A stretch of DNA of 64,000 nucleotides from Lama glama (lineage: Eukaryota): positions 38,070,001 to 38,134,000 of the forward strand of contig CM052816.1 of the NCBI GenBank assembly GCA_028534125.1. Direction: 5' to 3'. Made by a program: the position numbers and the translations under genes. Positions 23,185 to 37,119 of the stretch are shown piece by piece; within the stretch, counting starts at the first letter, position 1; each line of letters starts with the position of its first letter. The notes below the pieces were generated by a model. It did not search any database and was not told the origin of the DNA. It saw nothing but the letters and a program-made list of their open reading frames with translations.

Positions 23185-23525
23185 AAGGGCATGTCTGTCT
23201 GCAAAAGGATGGATTAACACAGACAGTCCCCACTGACATTTAAGATACATATCTGCGATTCAGGACACTTGGGGATCTGTATCTAAACAATGCGATCACA
23301 TTTCAAGTGCTGGAAGCAATTTTTGTCTCAGTAAACTGAAAAACCCTCAATCAAAGAAAACACTCTCAAGATATTCTTAACTTTGTAAACTATTTGTCAG
23401 CAGCATTTGCATTCACTATCTGTGCATGTGATAATAAGCAGATACAAAGATACAGGCCCCTTGGACTTGGATGTATTGAATACAAAAATAAAAGACTGAC
23501 TGCCATTTTTGCACAAGGTAGCCTT
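23185..23525. mobile_element. Probable MER121-type ancient conserved repeat
   Basis: ~340 bp resembling my recollection of MER121 (CTGCAAAAGGATGGATTAAC...TTTAAGATAC...GTATCTAAACAATG...CAGCAGCATTTGCAT...GATAATAAGCAGATACAAAGATACAGG...GCCATTTTTGCACA); weak terminal inverted similarity. Confidence 0.6.
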
Positions 23526-24279
23526 TGTTGCTTGGTGAAGAGAGTTTATTTGTCTTTATGAGAGTAGAGATTAATAAACAGAGAAGTATAAAAACTTAAC
23601 CTGAGAAAAATTTTACAGTGTTTTATATTTTGACTTATTATCCATACTAAATGTATTTCCTTTCACCAAGAGGTAAAATAAGTACAAAAATAATAAGAAA
23701 ATCAAAATAATAATTTTGTGAGTCATTAAAAAAGGACTACAAGTTTTGTTTTGTTTTTTTTTTTTAGGAATTTCTTATAACATTCTTTCCATGAGTGAAA
23801 GGAAATTGAGATCATTAAAACAATCTTGATTAGGTTTGTAATTTTATTTATATAATTCAATGATATCACAATTATATATATATACACACAAATGCACACA
23901 TATCACAGTGTAGTAAATTAGTTGTTCTCCACAGTGAGAAGTATACTAGCATATTATGATTTATAGCAGTTTTCAAGAAAATTACGAAAATGCAATGTTT
24001 AATGGAAAAATGGAATCAATATTATTTTTAAAGTATTTGTACATAAGTCATGCAAAGAATTTTAATTTCTTTATATTTAGAATATGTTATATTTATAACA
24101 TTGTAGGAAATAGAAATTTCTAGGAGAAACTTTGCAGGTTAGACATTTCTAGAAAATTAGTCTTAGTCAACTTGTTGATTGTTATTGATGGCACAAAAAG
24201 TATGATCTAGGATTGCAAAATAAAGCTAGAAAACTCAATGAAAGAAGAAAGTGGGAATGAGCCAGTTTTGATAGAATGT

Positions 24280-24790
24280 TATTAGACTGCATCATTTGTT
24301 GCCACTACTGATTCATATCCCAGTGTTTGCACGCTTGGGTAGACCCTTCTCCTTGACTTTGAACTGGTCCTGTGATTAGCTTTTACCAACAGAACACAGC
24401 AACACTGATACTGTTCCAGTTACAGGCCTAAAACTTAAGATGGCCTAACGGTTTCTGCTTTTGAAGTCTCGAAGGCCAGCTACTGTAAAAAAGTTCAATT
24501 ACCCTGAGACCACCAGATTGTGAGTAAACCCAAGCAGCAGGAAACACAGAAGTACATAAATAGAGGAGAACTGAAGCCCTTTGCTGTTAACACCAACTAG
24601 GTTCTCAGCCACTAACTGGGATCAACTATTGGTCATGTGAATGAGCACATTTTAGACCTTACAATGATGCCAGAGCACCAGCAGAATAGAAAAGCAGTCT
24701 AAGTGATTAGTCAACCCAAAGAATTGTCATAAATAATATACCATTTTAAGTCTCAAAATTTTCGGTTGAGATAACTTTAACAACTGTCAT
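24280..24790 (+). mobile_element. MaLR LTR (MLT1G/H-like)
   Basis: CCCTGAGACCACC...GTGAGTAAACCCAAG...GTCAACCCAAAGAATTGT...TTTTAAGTC. Confidence 0.65.
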
Positions 24791-25495
24791 AGACAATAAA
24801 TGTGGCTAGAATCATCATACTAGCTAAGACTTTGCTTCAATTAAATTTTAGTTGAAGCATTTAGGGACCACACACAGAGAGATTTTATTTTAATGTCATC
24901 TCTACTACTGACAAGTGCTAAAACATCAGGGCAAAATGGATCCTGAGTGGATAACTGGAAAGATGCAGAAGGCTGTTGGGTCTACCGAACATTTCTCGAT
25001 GCCTCTAGCTTTACAAGAGCCAGATAAAGCTGAGAGAAATTATGGCCTGGGTTAGGCTAACAAAATATTTTGATGCTTAACATATGAAGAAAAAAAAAAC
25101 AGTAAAATTTAATTTCAGTGAGTTGAAATAGTAACATCAATTTGTTCTCCTCTGAACATTCAAAAATTATTTGGTTATAGAATCCTATAGGAAATTTTCA
25201 CTCATAAAAACATTTTCTAAGGAGGAATTCAAAACCTTGATTTTAGTATATAATAGTTATTATTATGTAATAGCAGTTTTTAAGTTCAGAACAGTCATTT
25301 CATTCACCCCCAGCCCTTAATGCCTTAAGCTTATATCATTCCAGTAGCCTCCTACCTGCCCTTCCTCCCATCACCAATCATTTTTGAATACTGCTACTAA
25401 GTTAGACTTCAAGCAGATAATGTCTTATCTTGTCATTGTCTTTGCTCAGAAACCTATAATAGCACCTATTTTATCACAAATTAAAATTTAAAATC

Positions 25496-25878
25496 ACAAT
25501 AAAATCAAATTACATGTGGAATCTAAAAAAATAAAAAGAGGACACTAATGAACTCATCTACAAAACGGAAACAGACTTGCAAACATAGCCAACAATCTTA
25601 TGGTTATCAGGGAAAAGGGAGTGGGAAAGGCTAAATTTGGGAGCTTGAGATTTGCAAAGGTTAAACACTATATATAAAAGTAGATAAAAACCAAATTTCT
25701 TCTATATAGCACAGGGAACTATATTCAGTATCTTGTAACAATCTTTAATGAAAAATAATATTAAAACAAATATATTTGTATGATTCAGACATTATTCTGT
25801 ACAGCAGAAATGGGCACATTGTAACTGGCTATACTTCAATAAAAAAAGAGCAAAAATCTAATATAAATAATAAAGAAA
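25496..25878 (+). mobile_element. Camelid-type L1 3'UTR, 5'-truncated, inserted into L2-like sequence
   Basis: ATGTGGAATCTAAAAA...ATGAACTCATCTACAAAAC...ATAGCACAGGGAACTATATTCA...ACTTCAATAAAA; perfect 14-bp TSD TAAAATTTAAAATC (25482-25495, 25879-25892). Confidence 0.9.
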
Positions 25879-26759
25879 TAAAATTTAAAATCTTCTTTGA
25901 ATGGCTATATATGCTTGTGTAATGTATGTGTGCAATACATACACGTTTTATAATATGCATGTAATATACACATTTTATATTTATATATGTTTATAAGTGT
26001 TTACATATATACATATGTATATATCATAATATGTTTCTTCCTCTGTTTCCACCACAGTATGTTTTATTATTCCAAGATGCTGGGGCTTCTCCGTTTCCTG
26101 AATATGTGAGTGACTTTATTTTTGCCTTTGATTACATCTCAGTTGTTCCTGGAAACATTCCTCACTAAGGTATCCATTGCTAACTATCAAAAAGTTTGTG
26201 ATGCACAGTGGTCTCCAATTTTCTTTTGCTCATGGACCATTAAAAAAAAAGATAAACATCAATGCAATCCTAGCACATTTAAAGTAATATTTTAAAAAGT
26301 CATCATAAGTCTAAATACACGAAAATGATATAATTTTCAACATGTTATATATATTCTTATTACAAAAAACAGTTGTGTAAGACTTTAAAGTATATTCAGT
26401 ATAATCCAAATGCACAGTGATCTTAAATCCACATTCACACTTTAAAAAATGTTTCTCCTAAATAATTAGAATTATACAAAATTTTATTTTTGTTCATAAA
26501 TTCATATTTCTGTCACTCTTGTGCCACAAAATAATTTTGCCAATATTATATACCATATTTTTACTTGAAAGTTTCTTTTTTGATGACTATATCATAATTC
26601 TTTGAAACAAAAATATGCATAAAAATTGAAGTTACAAGTTTCCTGAGACCAGGAAGGAACTCTTTTCAAATATTATCATATAGCTATTATAACTTTGTAA
26701 TTCATAAAAACAAAAATATATCATACATTTTGAAAAATTATTTAAAAAAATAAAACACA

Positions 26760-28190
26760 AGACTTCAATTCTGCCTTGATGAAGTAACTTTTAGAAGGCT
26801 TGCCCCTTCAGCTTAAAAAAATAAATATCTAAATGGACACAATTTATAAAATAACATTCAACATTGGTTACTGCAGGGCTGTAGTATCTGAGAGAAAGGA
26901 AACAAAGGATATTTTTCTGATAATTTTTCAACATTAAGAAAGCCAACTATATGGTGTCTATAAAAATACATTTTAAGATAAAAAATGGAAATGTTAAATT
27001 TTACAATGGAAAAAAATCTGTGCATACTCTCATCAAAAGAAATTCAAACGGATCATATTAATATCAAACTAGAGTTTGAGGAACAGCATCAAGATAAAAA
27101 GCTATCAATTAATAATAAAATGACTAATTTGTTAAATGTATATAAACTATGAGTATATACCAAATGATAGAACTTCAAAATGTACTAAAAGAAAAAGTAC
27201 AGAGAACTGAAAGGAGACATTGACAAATCGACTGTTAATGTTGGACAACTCAAAACCTCTCATCAGTAAAACATATTGATCAATAACCTGTAAACATGCA
27301 GAAGACCTAAAGAACAACATGATCTACTTTACATTTGAAGAACATCACATTCAACAACAGCAACATCACTTTCTATTCAGTTGCATAAGCAACATTCACC
27401 AAATGCAATGATAACAGAAAACCAAAGCAAGTAAAAAGAAGGAAATAATAAAGCTAAGAGCATAAATCCACCAAATGGAGAACAGCAAGAGGGAAAAATA
27501 AAACCAAAGGCTGGCTCATAGAAAAAAGCAACAATATTTTTAATATTCTAGTTGACTAATTTAAAAAATAAAAATAAGAAAGGCACTGTCAAAATTTTAA
27601 GAGACACAATCACTACAAATCCTTCAGATATTATGGTGTAAGAAGATTGTACTGTGAACAACTTGGTGACAATAAATTCAACTGCTTAGATGAAAAGAAC
27701 AAATTTCTTAGAAAAACAAATTGTCAAAATTGTCATAAGAAGAAACTTAAAAGCCGAATTACTTTATATGTCTTAGAAAAATTTAGAGTGCGGTTAAGAA
27801 TATTCCTGCAAAGGACACTCTGTCCAAATGGCTTTGCTATTGAAGTCCATCAACACAGAAGTGGAAATAATGCCAAATCTACACAATATCTACACAAAAT
27901 CTTCCTGAAAATAAAGTAGGCACCACTTTCCAACTCATTTTACTAGGCCAACGTTAACTTGATACTAAAACTAGTCACAGATATTACAAGAAAAGGTAGT
28001 TGCGGGTCAATACCTCTCATGAAGATAGATGCAAAAATCCTTACTAAAATTTTAGCAAATCTAATCCAACAATATATAAAAAGATAAAACATCCTGACTA
28101 TGCCATATGATTATTTCAGAAAATCTTTTCACTAAATTTAACACCCTACCTTGATAAAAACCAAATTTAACAAGCTAGCAAGGGAAGGAT
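26760..28190 (+). mobile_element. Old L1 (L1M) fragmented ORF2 (EN to RT)
   Basis: CCAACTCATTTTA...ATAGATGCAAAAATCCTTACTAAAATTTTAGCAAATCTAATCCAACAATATATAAAAAG encodes an L1 RT-region motif (IDAKILTKILANLIQQYIK). Confidence 0.8.
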
Positions 28191-30769
28191 ATACAAATTT
28201 TACTGGCCTATCTGCAAATAAGCAGATGTGACATGCTTGTTTTACAGTAAATCATTTTACTAAGATTTTATTTATCATAGCTGAAGTTTAAACATTACTT
28301 TCAAAATGAACTGTAGTTTTCTTAGTAAATCCCAAGTCAAACTTCTCTTAGGCCTTTTATATTCTTATGAATTATAAAATATGAATCATTAATAATTATG
28401 CTTTTAAATATTATAAATTATGAATCATTCATGATTATAATGCAACCATTCCTGGAAAATAACAGTAAATACTGTAACCAAATAAATTATGAACATATAT
28501 TTTTTAAAACTAAAAGAGAACATTAAGCTTCTTATGATATATCACCAAATATCACAGATAAAAATCTTTCTTAACATCTCAGATCTAAAATAATTTTCAG
28601 CAATACCAGTAAAGTTCCAGAGTAGCTCAACATCTCCCTCCCTCAATCTTTGTTGAGTGAATATTTTCACTAAAACAGGAGCCCCTTGAAGACAAGATTC
28701 ATGTCTTTAAGATCTTTTTATCTGTAGCACAGTAACAATATTGTACAGAACTATTTAAAAACTACATCTTAAACTAAAACCACCAAACTCCACTGCACTT
28801 GTTTGCTTTTCACTTGTTTTCATTTTATGTTTTTGGTATTCCAAATAGAAAATACACAGAATTCTCAGAAACCTCTCAATTCTTCTATTTCTTAACAGAC
28901 TGTGACTCGTCTGTGGCTTATCTTTTATTCCTAGAATTTACTTCCATCCAATAGGCACCTGAGCTCTGGTATTTATTGAACAGGATGTTACCTATTATTC
29001 TAGAGGATCCCTAAGTTCCTATTTTACAGTTTTAGTAAGAGCCTGGGATAAAGTCACTTTGACATTATCATTATTTGTAAACCATAGAGCAACAACCTAA
29101 ATGTCCATGAAGTTGTGCAACAGATGAAATACGACAAAACAAAGGGGCCCTAGGGAATCTGTAGTCAAGTAGCTCTGACATCTCCAGTATTAAGCAAAAC
29201 AAAAGCATGACTTGTCTAGTCTCTTTGATGTTTACTATGAGATGTAATTAATGTTTTCATTCAAACACTTTTCACATGATTTAGCACAGCCTGATGCGCG
29301 ATTTTAAATCCATCCATACATGACACAATTATTGCAACTTGATTTGCCCCATCCAAGTCAAAACAAAACTGCAGCGACACTTAGAGTATGTTTCCTTATT
29401 CCTGAGACATTAGTTTCTCCATTTCCTACATTACTGACTTGGTTATTAGCAGAGAGAGAATTTCATATTCTGTAGATATTTGACATTTAGAAGCTGACAG
29501 AAAAATAACTTCACAATATAAAGGCAAGGCAGGGATTGAGAGACATGGAATATCTTAGATAGGCTTTGAAAAATAAACTCTACCCTTCATTTCCACCTGT
29601 TTTATTCTTTCCTACCCATGACACAAAATCCTCCATGGGTCTTGCCTGTGAAATTGAGCCATGCATCATGACGTACTATTCTCCCCAGGCCAGCCTCTGC
29701 CCAGGCACCAAAGAGCAGATTCCCACTGCACCTTCAGACTGCATGACAAATAAAGAATCGCCCTGTCAGGATTCCATCCTAGCTTACCCAAATTGACAAA
29801 AATTTCCTGAATGATACTGTTCCAGGGCTCCTGCACTGACAGGAGGTAGTCAAGCCTGACAGCCCTTTCCCTCTTGTCTGTTATCTTGAAATCAATTGCA
29901 CAGCCTGATGCACAGAATAATGGCTGTGGACGATTCTGCAGGACTTGGCCCATCTGGTCACTGAGGAAGACAGCATTGCTGGCTTCCTATCGATCTGGGA
30001 GGAGCATGCTGCTACACAGAGGTGACCTCCATCTCTCCACCTGGCCCTGCTATTGAGGAAATCAGTTTCACAAGTGTGCTCATTCAGAAATAAAAACAAC
30101 TTTGCACCAAGGCATATCCATCTTTGTCTTTAATTAAGAGCTTTGGCCTCTTTGAGATTAAATAGTGAAGTATAAGCAAAGGAAAGGGCATGAATTCTGT
30201 GCATCAGGCACCAAACTTTGTGTATGTCCCTTAGTTAAAGTCTTGAACAAATCAGACATTTCAGTAGCGGGAAAAATTTGCCAATTTTATGAAATGTCAT
30301 ATATTTCCTCTTTGAAGACAATTCTTGTATTAGTGATATAATATTTTTATTAGTAAAGCTGACTAATGTTGCTACAAAGATTAGTATTTCTCAAGCTGGT
30401 TCTCTCAGGTAAAGGATCTATTTACACTTAATTGTTTGAAGTTCATTATATAGCCTACCTGTTTTACATTTTAAAAGAATTGCAATATTGAGTTATAATG
30501 AAAGGACCCTGAATGTATGGAGAATGCAAGGTGCTCCTGACTCCTTTATTGGAAAAAAAGATGAAAGCAAGAAGCAAGCAAGAAATCAAGAAAGCAAGAA
30601 GAAAGACTGATTTACATATTTAAGTTGATAAAATTTTTAGATCCATATATTTCCATAGTTTTATTTTTATAGTTTGTTTTTTGTTTGTTTCAGTGTTAAA
30701 AAACCAATTACCTGGCTTTTACGAGTTTCTTCATGATTTCACTCTGTAAGTTGCCGTATGGCACTAAAC

Positions 30770-31230
30770 ATACCGCATTTCAAAAGTCTGCTCATCAGAT
30801 CTCCGGCCCCACTGCCGTCCTCCTGCAGCACATTCACCCAGCTGTCGAAAGTGATTTTTGAAGGACATAAATCAGATTATGTCCCTCTTATGCTCAAAAC
30901 CTTCCAGTGCTTCCCATGTCACTCACAGTAATGAACAAACTCTCTCAACAGAGCCTATATAATTTGTCCCTGCCTGTCTCTCTTACCTTGTCATCCAACA
31001 GGCTCCACTCCTGCTCACCCAACTCTAAATGGAGTACCATTCTAGCTGCAAGCCTGCATTTCCCCTCTAACTGTGAAGTCATGTGTTAATATTCTCTTGG
31101 TCAAAGATGTCTGCTAAAATACTCAATATAATATCATAAATTACAAGCCCCATGAGTTCCAGAATTTTGCCTGTCCTGTTTACCACTAGCGCATAATGAA
31201 GTATATGTTCAATTAATGTGATTTTAACCA
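30770..31230 (+). mobile_element. L2 LINE 3' fragment
   Basis: AAATCAGATTATGTCCCTCTTATGCTCAAAACCTTCCAGTGCTTCCCAT classic L2 motif. Confidence 0.75.
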
Positions 31231-31499
31231 TTTATTTATTTCAAAAGCTCTAAAGGACAAGGTCTAAAAGCAACTAATAGTGTTCAGTTCATCACTCTAT
31301 TCACACTACTTTGGGTAGTTCTTGAATATTAAGTTCACTTGATTATTTGTTGAATAAATTGACCTAAGAAAATAAATCTATTAAATAAGTGCCTTGGGAA
31401 ATTGAAGAAGAATTCAGGATTGTCACAAAAATTCCAATAATATGGTCACTTTTCTTTAAAGAGAAATTAGAATATTATTAATAAATTAACAGAGCTTAG

Positions 31500-31740
31500 A
31501 GGCATTGTTAGTTGATAAAACAATGTAATTTAGAGCACAATGTTTTAAACTACTTAAATCATGATTTAAATTGTGGCTCTGCCATGTATATCTATTGGTG
31601 AATTGGGGCACATTAATTAATTCATTGACTTCCTCTTTCACAAATGACGGTTAGGACTACCTTCTAATAGGTTAATGTGGCAACGTTGGCAAAGCTCTTG
31701 TCAGAATGCTCGTATATTGCAAGGAGCTAAAAAAAAATCA
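31500..31740 (+). mobile_element. MIR fragment
   Basis: TTTAAATTGTGGCTCTGCCA...GGGGCACATTAATTAA. Confidence 0.55.
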
Positions 31741-32679
31741 CCTATATATGATCAACCTAAATAGTATATGATATACTTTTAAGTCTGAATGAGTGTATAC
31801 TTTAGTGATTTAGAAATGTTTTTTAAGTCTTGATTGCCCCATCTATTTGCAACTATAGAACAAAACATCTTCTAAGTAGGCTAGAATACTGAAAGGCGGA
31901 CCACAGAGAGCAAAAGAAGTAAATTCCTGATATTCTTACTGCTTACAGGATTCTTATTCCATCTTGCTCAGTGGGATTCTTATTATACTCTAGACAGTGC
32001 ATTAAGATAAGAAAAATCAAAAACTTTCTTTCACATAGAAAAAGTTATTCTTTTCCTGCCTAGTACGAACTTCAGAATGAAGCTCCAAATTGACAGCTTT
32101 AATTAGCGTAAATCAATTTCACATAGATACAGTCTTAAGAAACTGGTCTACTGTGTGAGGCTACTTCACTTTTAACTATGAAATATAATGGGCAGAATTC
32201 TGAGCTATAAAATCAACAGAACACAAGAAACAAGGGTTTCAGAAGACTTACATTTAGGTTTAATATTACAAAAAGCACTCAGGCTATCTGTAGAAGCACT
32301 TTCTACCAGCTGATTTAGAGAACAAATCATGCAAAAAAAAATTCTATTTTGACAAAGTAATCTACTTAACCAGGATTAATTTACAAATTATCAAAATAGT
32401 TTATATCACATAGATTCTGGTGATTTTTTTTACACACCAGAGTAAAGGTCAGATGTTTCATATTCAAATGGTCCAGTGCAAGACACTTCAAAATACTGCA
32501 TCATTTAAAATCATAAATTAACAGGAATGAAGTTAAAATATCAACTACCAACGTGATTTATGAATTGAAAGGAAATAACAAAAGGTCTTTGCTATTGGAG
32601 ACCACAGTAGTTCTGAGAGCTTACCTATAAGAGCTTTTTTTTTAAAGATTATCGTTCTCATTACATATATAAGTAAATT

Positions 32680-33568
32680 ACATATGTCCAGAATTCACTA
32701 TTTGTTTGATCTCTTCCTTCTGGGAACTGACCCCCTCTCCACCGATGGTTAACAAGGGAATGGCTATTTTATATACTTTGACTCTGCTCCACTGGTCACA
32801 GTCAATTAGTACAGGTCAGTGGCTGACTCAAGTTGAACTAATAAAAGCACCTTCTGGGAAATCTGAAACTGGAAGTGAGGAGCAGAATTAGAGATTCCAG
32901 CAAATAAACTAGAAAGTCATAAAGCCTCAGCATTGTCAGCAGTGATGGTTGGTGTAATATGGACAGGAAAGCATGAGAAGAAAACAGGAAGGATATAAAC
33001 AAGAGGAGACAGAGACAACAGAGTCCGGATGGTTTGGAATGTCTGTTTCTACTAGTTGTTCTTAGTTCTTATAAACCACCCCATTTTTTAACACTTCCAT
33101 TGTTACCTCAACTAGTTTAAGTTGTGAGTGGCAGATACTGCTGGTTAACCCCACAGAAGCTATTTGCCCTGCCTTAAGTAGAACAGGTATATACAACTGT
33201 CACTAAACAAAAGGATAATTTCCCAGCTTTCCTTGAAGCTGGGTGTGACCATATCACTCCTTTTTACTGCCTTTTGCTGGATAGAATATGAACATAATGG
33301 GTGGGGCTTTAAACGGTCACCTAGACACACAAGGTGGACGTTCTGCACTGAACTTGATGACATAAAATATTAAAAGGAGGCTGGTTCTCAGATATCTCTG
33401 GAGCCCCTACACCCACTTTGGACCACTTACATTTCTATGGAAGATAAATAATTTGCTTCTTATTAGGCAGTTGTTATTTTGCATTTTCCCTTTCTCACAA
33501 TCTTAATCCTAACCAACAGAACATTGGTTTTCTGTCACTTGGAAACAAAAGAGTTGTAACTAATATAC
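32680..33568 (+). mobile_element. Old MaLR LTR (MLT1K/L-like) interrupted by a second LTR (LTR33-like, ~33123-33518)
   Basis: Outer element ends CTGTCACTTGGAAACAAAAGAGTTGTAACTAATATA; inner starts TG..GGCAGATACTGCTGG and contains TTTCCCAGCTTTCCTTGAAGCTGGGTGTGACCAT. Confidence 0.55.
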
Positions 33569-35155
33569 CACCTTATTCATTTGCAATCACAAATGTTTTC
33601 TGTTCTCACTTGTCATAAAAATAGATGTGATAGTAATGACTAATATTTTTGCCATCTGTTAGTTAATATTTGCCATTTTACTTAAGCCAAAGTTCATTAC
33701 CTCATTACAAATTGACCCATCCTAAAACTGATTGTTTCTGACACTAGTGATGCATTTTGGTCTGTCAATTATAAACTGAATTTGGATGTGCTGAAAGGAG
33801 TGTCTCTATTCTCTGCATAGTGATCCCTGCTAATATCAACTGAAGTTTCCCATGTTAACACTGGAAGCTTATGTCCCAGTAGAATGGAAGACAGCCCTTG
33901 AAAATTTTTTTCACATGATATGAAATGACTCTGTTTTAGCACAGGAGTTAACACACTAAATAAAATGACAAACTAAAATAAGTAGAAGATATTATAGTTA
34001 CCTAAAGAAAATAAAATGGAAACAATAATTCTGTTTTCCTTTTCTATCATTTTCACCTTGCAGATTAAAATTACTAATTTTTTCTTCAAGGAAAAAACAT
34101 TTGCTGGAGGCCCATACACTAAGTTCCCAGCTTGTAGTAATTTGCCACTAGTATGTTGTCTAATTAGATATGTGTTGTGATTCCCTCAAAATTCATTTGT
34201 ACCATATTCTCTATATAGACATATAGTTGGAAGAAACCTGTTACACCTTTTCCCAAGAATGGATATTCCAGTCAACAAGAACATTTTCATAAATCAGGAA
34301 CATGTAGACAAAAGGTCATGTTTGTCTACGACAACACTGGTGAGGAATTTTTGTTTCCCTGGAATTGCTGTTAGAGCATTCAGGTAAAAGAAAACAAAGG
34401 ACGCTGATTATCTACATTCCAAAGGATGCCATCTTTAACTGGGGGCATATACTCTTATTCAAGCCTTATTAAAAGGCAGAAGAAATGGCCCAGTCATAAT
34501 CAATAAATAGCCAACCTTCTTCTGCTTACAGTGGCTGACCAAAATATTGAAAGCAGAGGATGGACAGGAGGAGGAGAAGAAAAGTGGTCTTCTCTAGCCT
34601 GCTGGTAAGTGCAATAGTTTTCATTAATGACAATTATTTCCCTTTTAAATAAGAAAAGTTGAAGGGTGGTTTACTTTACTGAAAGCCAAATGAGAACTTT
34701 ATGAGAATCATTTCCAGAGATTACATGTTGGCTAAAATGGATATTTGTTCTGCCTTTGAGTCTAATTGGAGCAGGTGGTGGTTGTAAAGGGAAAAAAAGT
34801 AGACAAAACTGAAGAGAGATCAGAGAGAATGAGAGAAAAGCTCTTCAGCTGATATATTTCACAATTTGGTATGAAAAAGATGCTTGAGTTTTCCATTGGT
34901 TAACTAGGCATCACAGAGATTATCTATGGGTCATTTCACTGTCATCCTTCCTGAGATACTGCTTACAGGAAAACGGGAACTTATAAAAAGCAAGATGCAA
35001 AGGAGCATACTATGGAAGATGGTAAGTAGTGGAACATGCTTAGAAAGAGAGGTCTTCTAAATCAGGGTACTATAGGGTAGAGGTGAGCCAGGTACTCCAA
35101 AGAGCTCACTCATTCATCCCATGAGAGAGCCAGAACAGAGGGGGTATATTTATAG

Positions 35156-35835
35156 TGTGGTAGCTAATTTCAAAGATGTGCCTCCTCAACTAGCCTCCAG
35201 CCTAATGAACCATTTCTCCTGCTTCTCATGCCCTGTGTAGTTCCTTCCCTCATTAAATTTGGGCTAGTCCTCTGTAACCAAAATATAGCAAAAGCGACAC
35301 TGAGTATCTTCTGAGTATAAGTCCTCCTTGGTTTCCTGGAATTGCTTTGGGGATGTCACACTCCACATAAGAAGATTAACTATCAGAGGTCAGCCATGCT
35401 GTAAGAAAGAGTAACCTAGACACATTGGAGAGAACACGGAGCAAGACAGAGATTCCTTGCCACAGTTGTTCAAGGCATCTCAGTCAAGGCATTAGACAAA
35501 TGAATAAGAAGCCATCTTGAATTTTCTACCCCCAGTAGATGCCCCCTGGAGAAGAAACGAGGTACTCAGCAAAGACCAGAGCCAAGGTTCCAGATACGTG
35601 GCCATGACTGAACCAGTCATCTGACTCCTCTCCAGTCATTTGAACCATTCTAGTTGAGGTCAGTGTACCATGGATTAGATATGAGTCATCCCAGTGTGTT
35701 CTTCTCAAATTCCTATTCAAAACAATTGTAAGCAAAATAAAGTAAATGTTTTAAGACATTACATGTTGAGTTGAGTTTTGTTTTTCTGTATCTTTTTGTT
35801 TTGTTTTTTGTACTTAGCAGTATATAATGGAAACT
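35156..35835 (+). mobile_element. MaLR LTR (MLT1G-like)
   Basis: TGTGGTAG...AAAGATG...CATGCCCTGTGTAGT...GCCATGCTGTAAG...AAGAAGCCATCTTG...TTTTAAGACATTA. Confidence 0.7.
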
Positions 35836-37119
35836 AAAGACAGTGATAGCTTATGAAAGAGAGATAATGAACAGAGACTGCCTGCAGCCATGGTGGTTAG
35901 TACTTTTTTCTTTTACCCTTAATCCCTCAAACAAGCAAAGTTCTGTTGTATTACAAACAGGTTATAACACTTTGTTATTGTAAAATGCAATTCAATTTAT
36001 TTGCAAAAATAGTTGAGAAAATTAAATATTCAACATGAAAGAATTGTATTAAGATCTCGAAAACAAGTAGTAAATAATGTTTATATGTTGCCACTGTAAG
36101 TTGCTAGATTTTCAAATCTACTTTGCAGGTCATAGTTTATTTTATGAATATTATCAACAAAACTTCAAGACACGCTGGTATTTATCTATAATATATTACT
36201 ACTAATAATGAATAAATATTACACAAAGATGAAATTACTGACTCAGTACCAATATTTCAGGATATACAATTACACACTGAGGAGGCAGAATGAACAAAAT
36301 GAAAATTTTATCAATAATATAATATTTTTCTAATATTTAAATTTACCACTCTATAGTAATTTTCCAAATTATTATTTTAATTTACCTTCCTATAAAATGC
36401 TTCAATGTCATTTTGGGTTAATATAGTACTGGTAGGTATGTGGTATGAGCCTCAATCAGTAGTCATGCAGGAAAATGTTTCCTTGTGAGGGAGTATTTCA
36501 TGCATGGCAGGATATCCACCATTTCTCTGACAACTGCCAGCGGTACCCTATAGTCGCTGTAATTGCTGATTAAAAGTGTTCACAAATTACTGTAAAGCTT
36601 ACTTGAAGGTGTGGGCTGCCCTTTGAGGATGGCTGAGCTAGAGCCTACGTGGAGAGGGGCATGTGAATCCCAGAGGCAGACTCCCACCCACTGAACCACA
36701 CACACTTTTTCATATCACAATTCTGCACAGGGAAAAGAGGGAAGAGCAGATTATGGCATGAACATGCAGGTACACAGATGAGGGAGGAGATATTTAAATC
36801 AGCTTTCAGTTTAGCATTTTAAACCACACTGACTACTAAAATTGAACATGTAAATAAATGAAACCTATTACAATGAAGATTCCACAAAGCACAATTAAAA
36901 GCAATGACTGGAACAATTGTGCGTGTGTTTGTGTTTAACTGCGCACTATACTGAAACTGCTCAAAATCGGTTATATTTGTATAAGCTTAATTATTAAAAT
37001 AATGAATTGGCCAGAGACTACACGGGAATAGCACTAGATTCATCAGGGTCATTTTAGGCTCTCTATCTTGCCTTACAAGAAACCTTTGTATTTTAATCAT
37101 GTGCAGAGAGGATGGCTAC

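Noticed and set aside
22671..23239. ORFs of 122 aa and 98 aa
   Set aside because: No recognisable domain or splice context; lengths are compatible with chance.
27647..27919. 90-aa ORF
   Set aside because: Part of a degenerate old L1 ORF2.
29284..29911. 14-bp direct repeat GCACAGCCTGATGC at 29284 and 29898
   Set aside because: A single 14-mer match at this distance is plausible by chance in 64 kb, and no element is recognisable between the copies.
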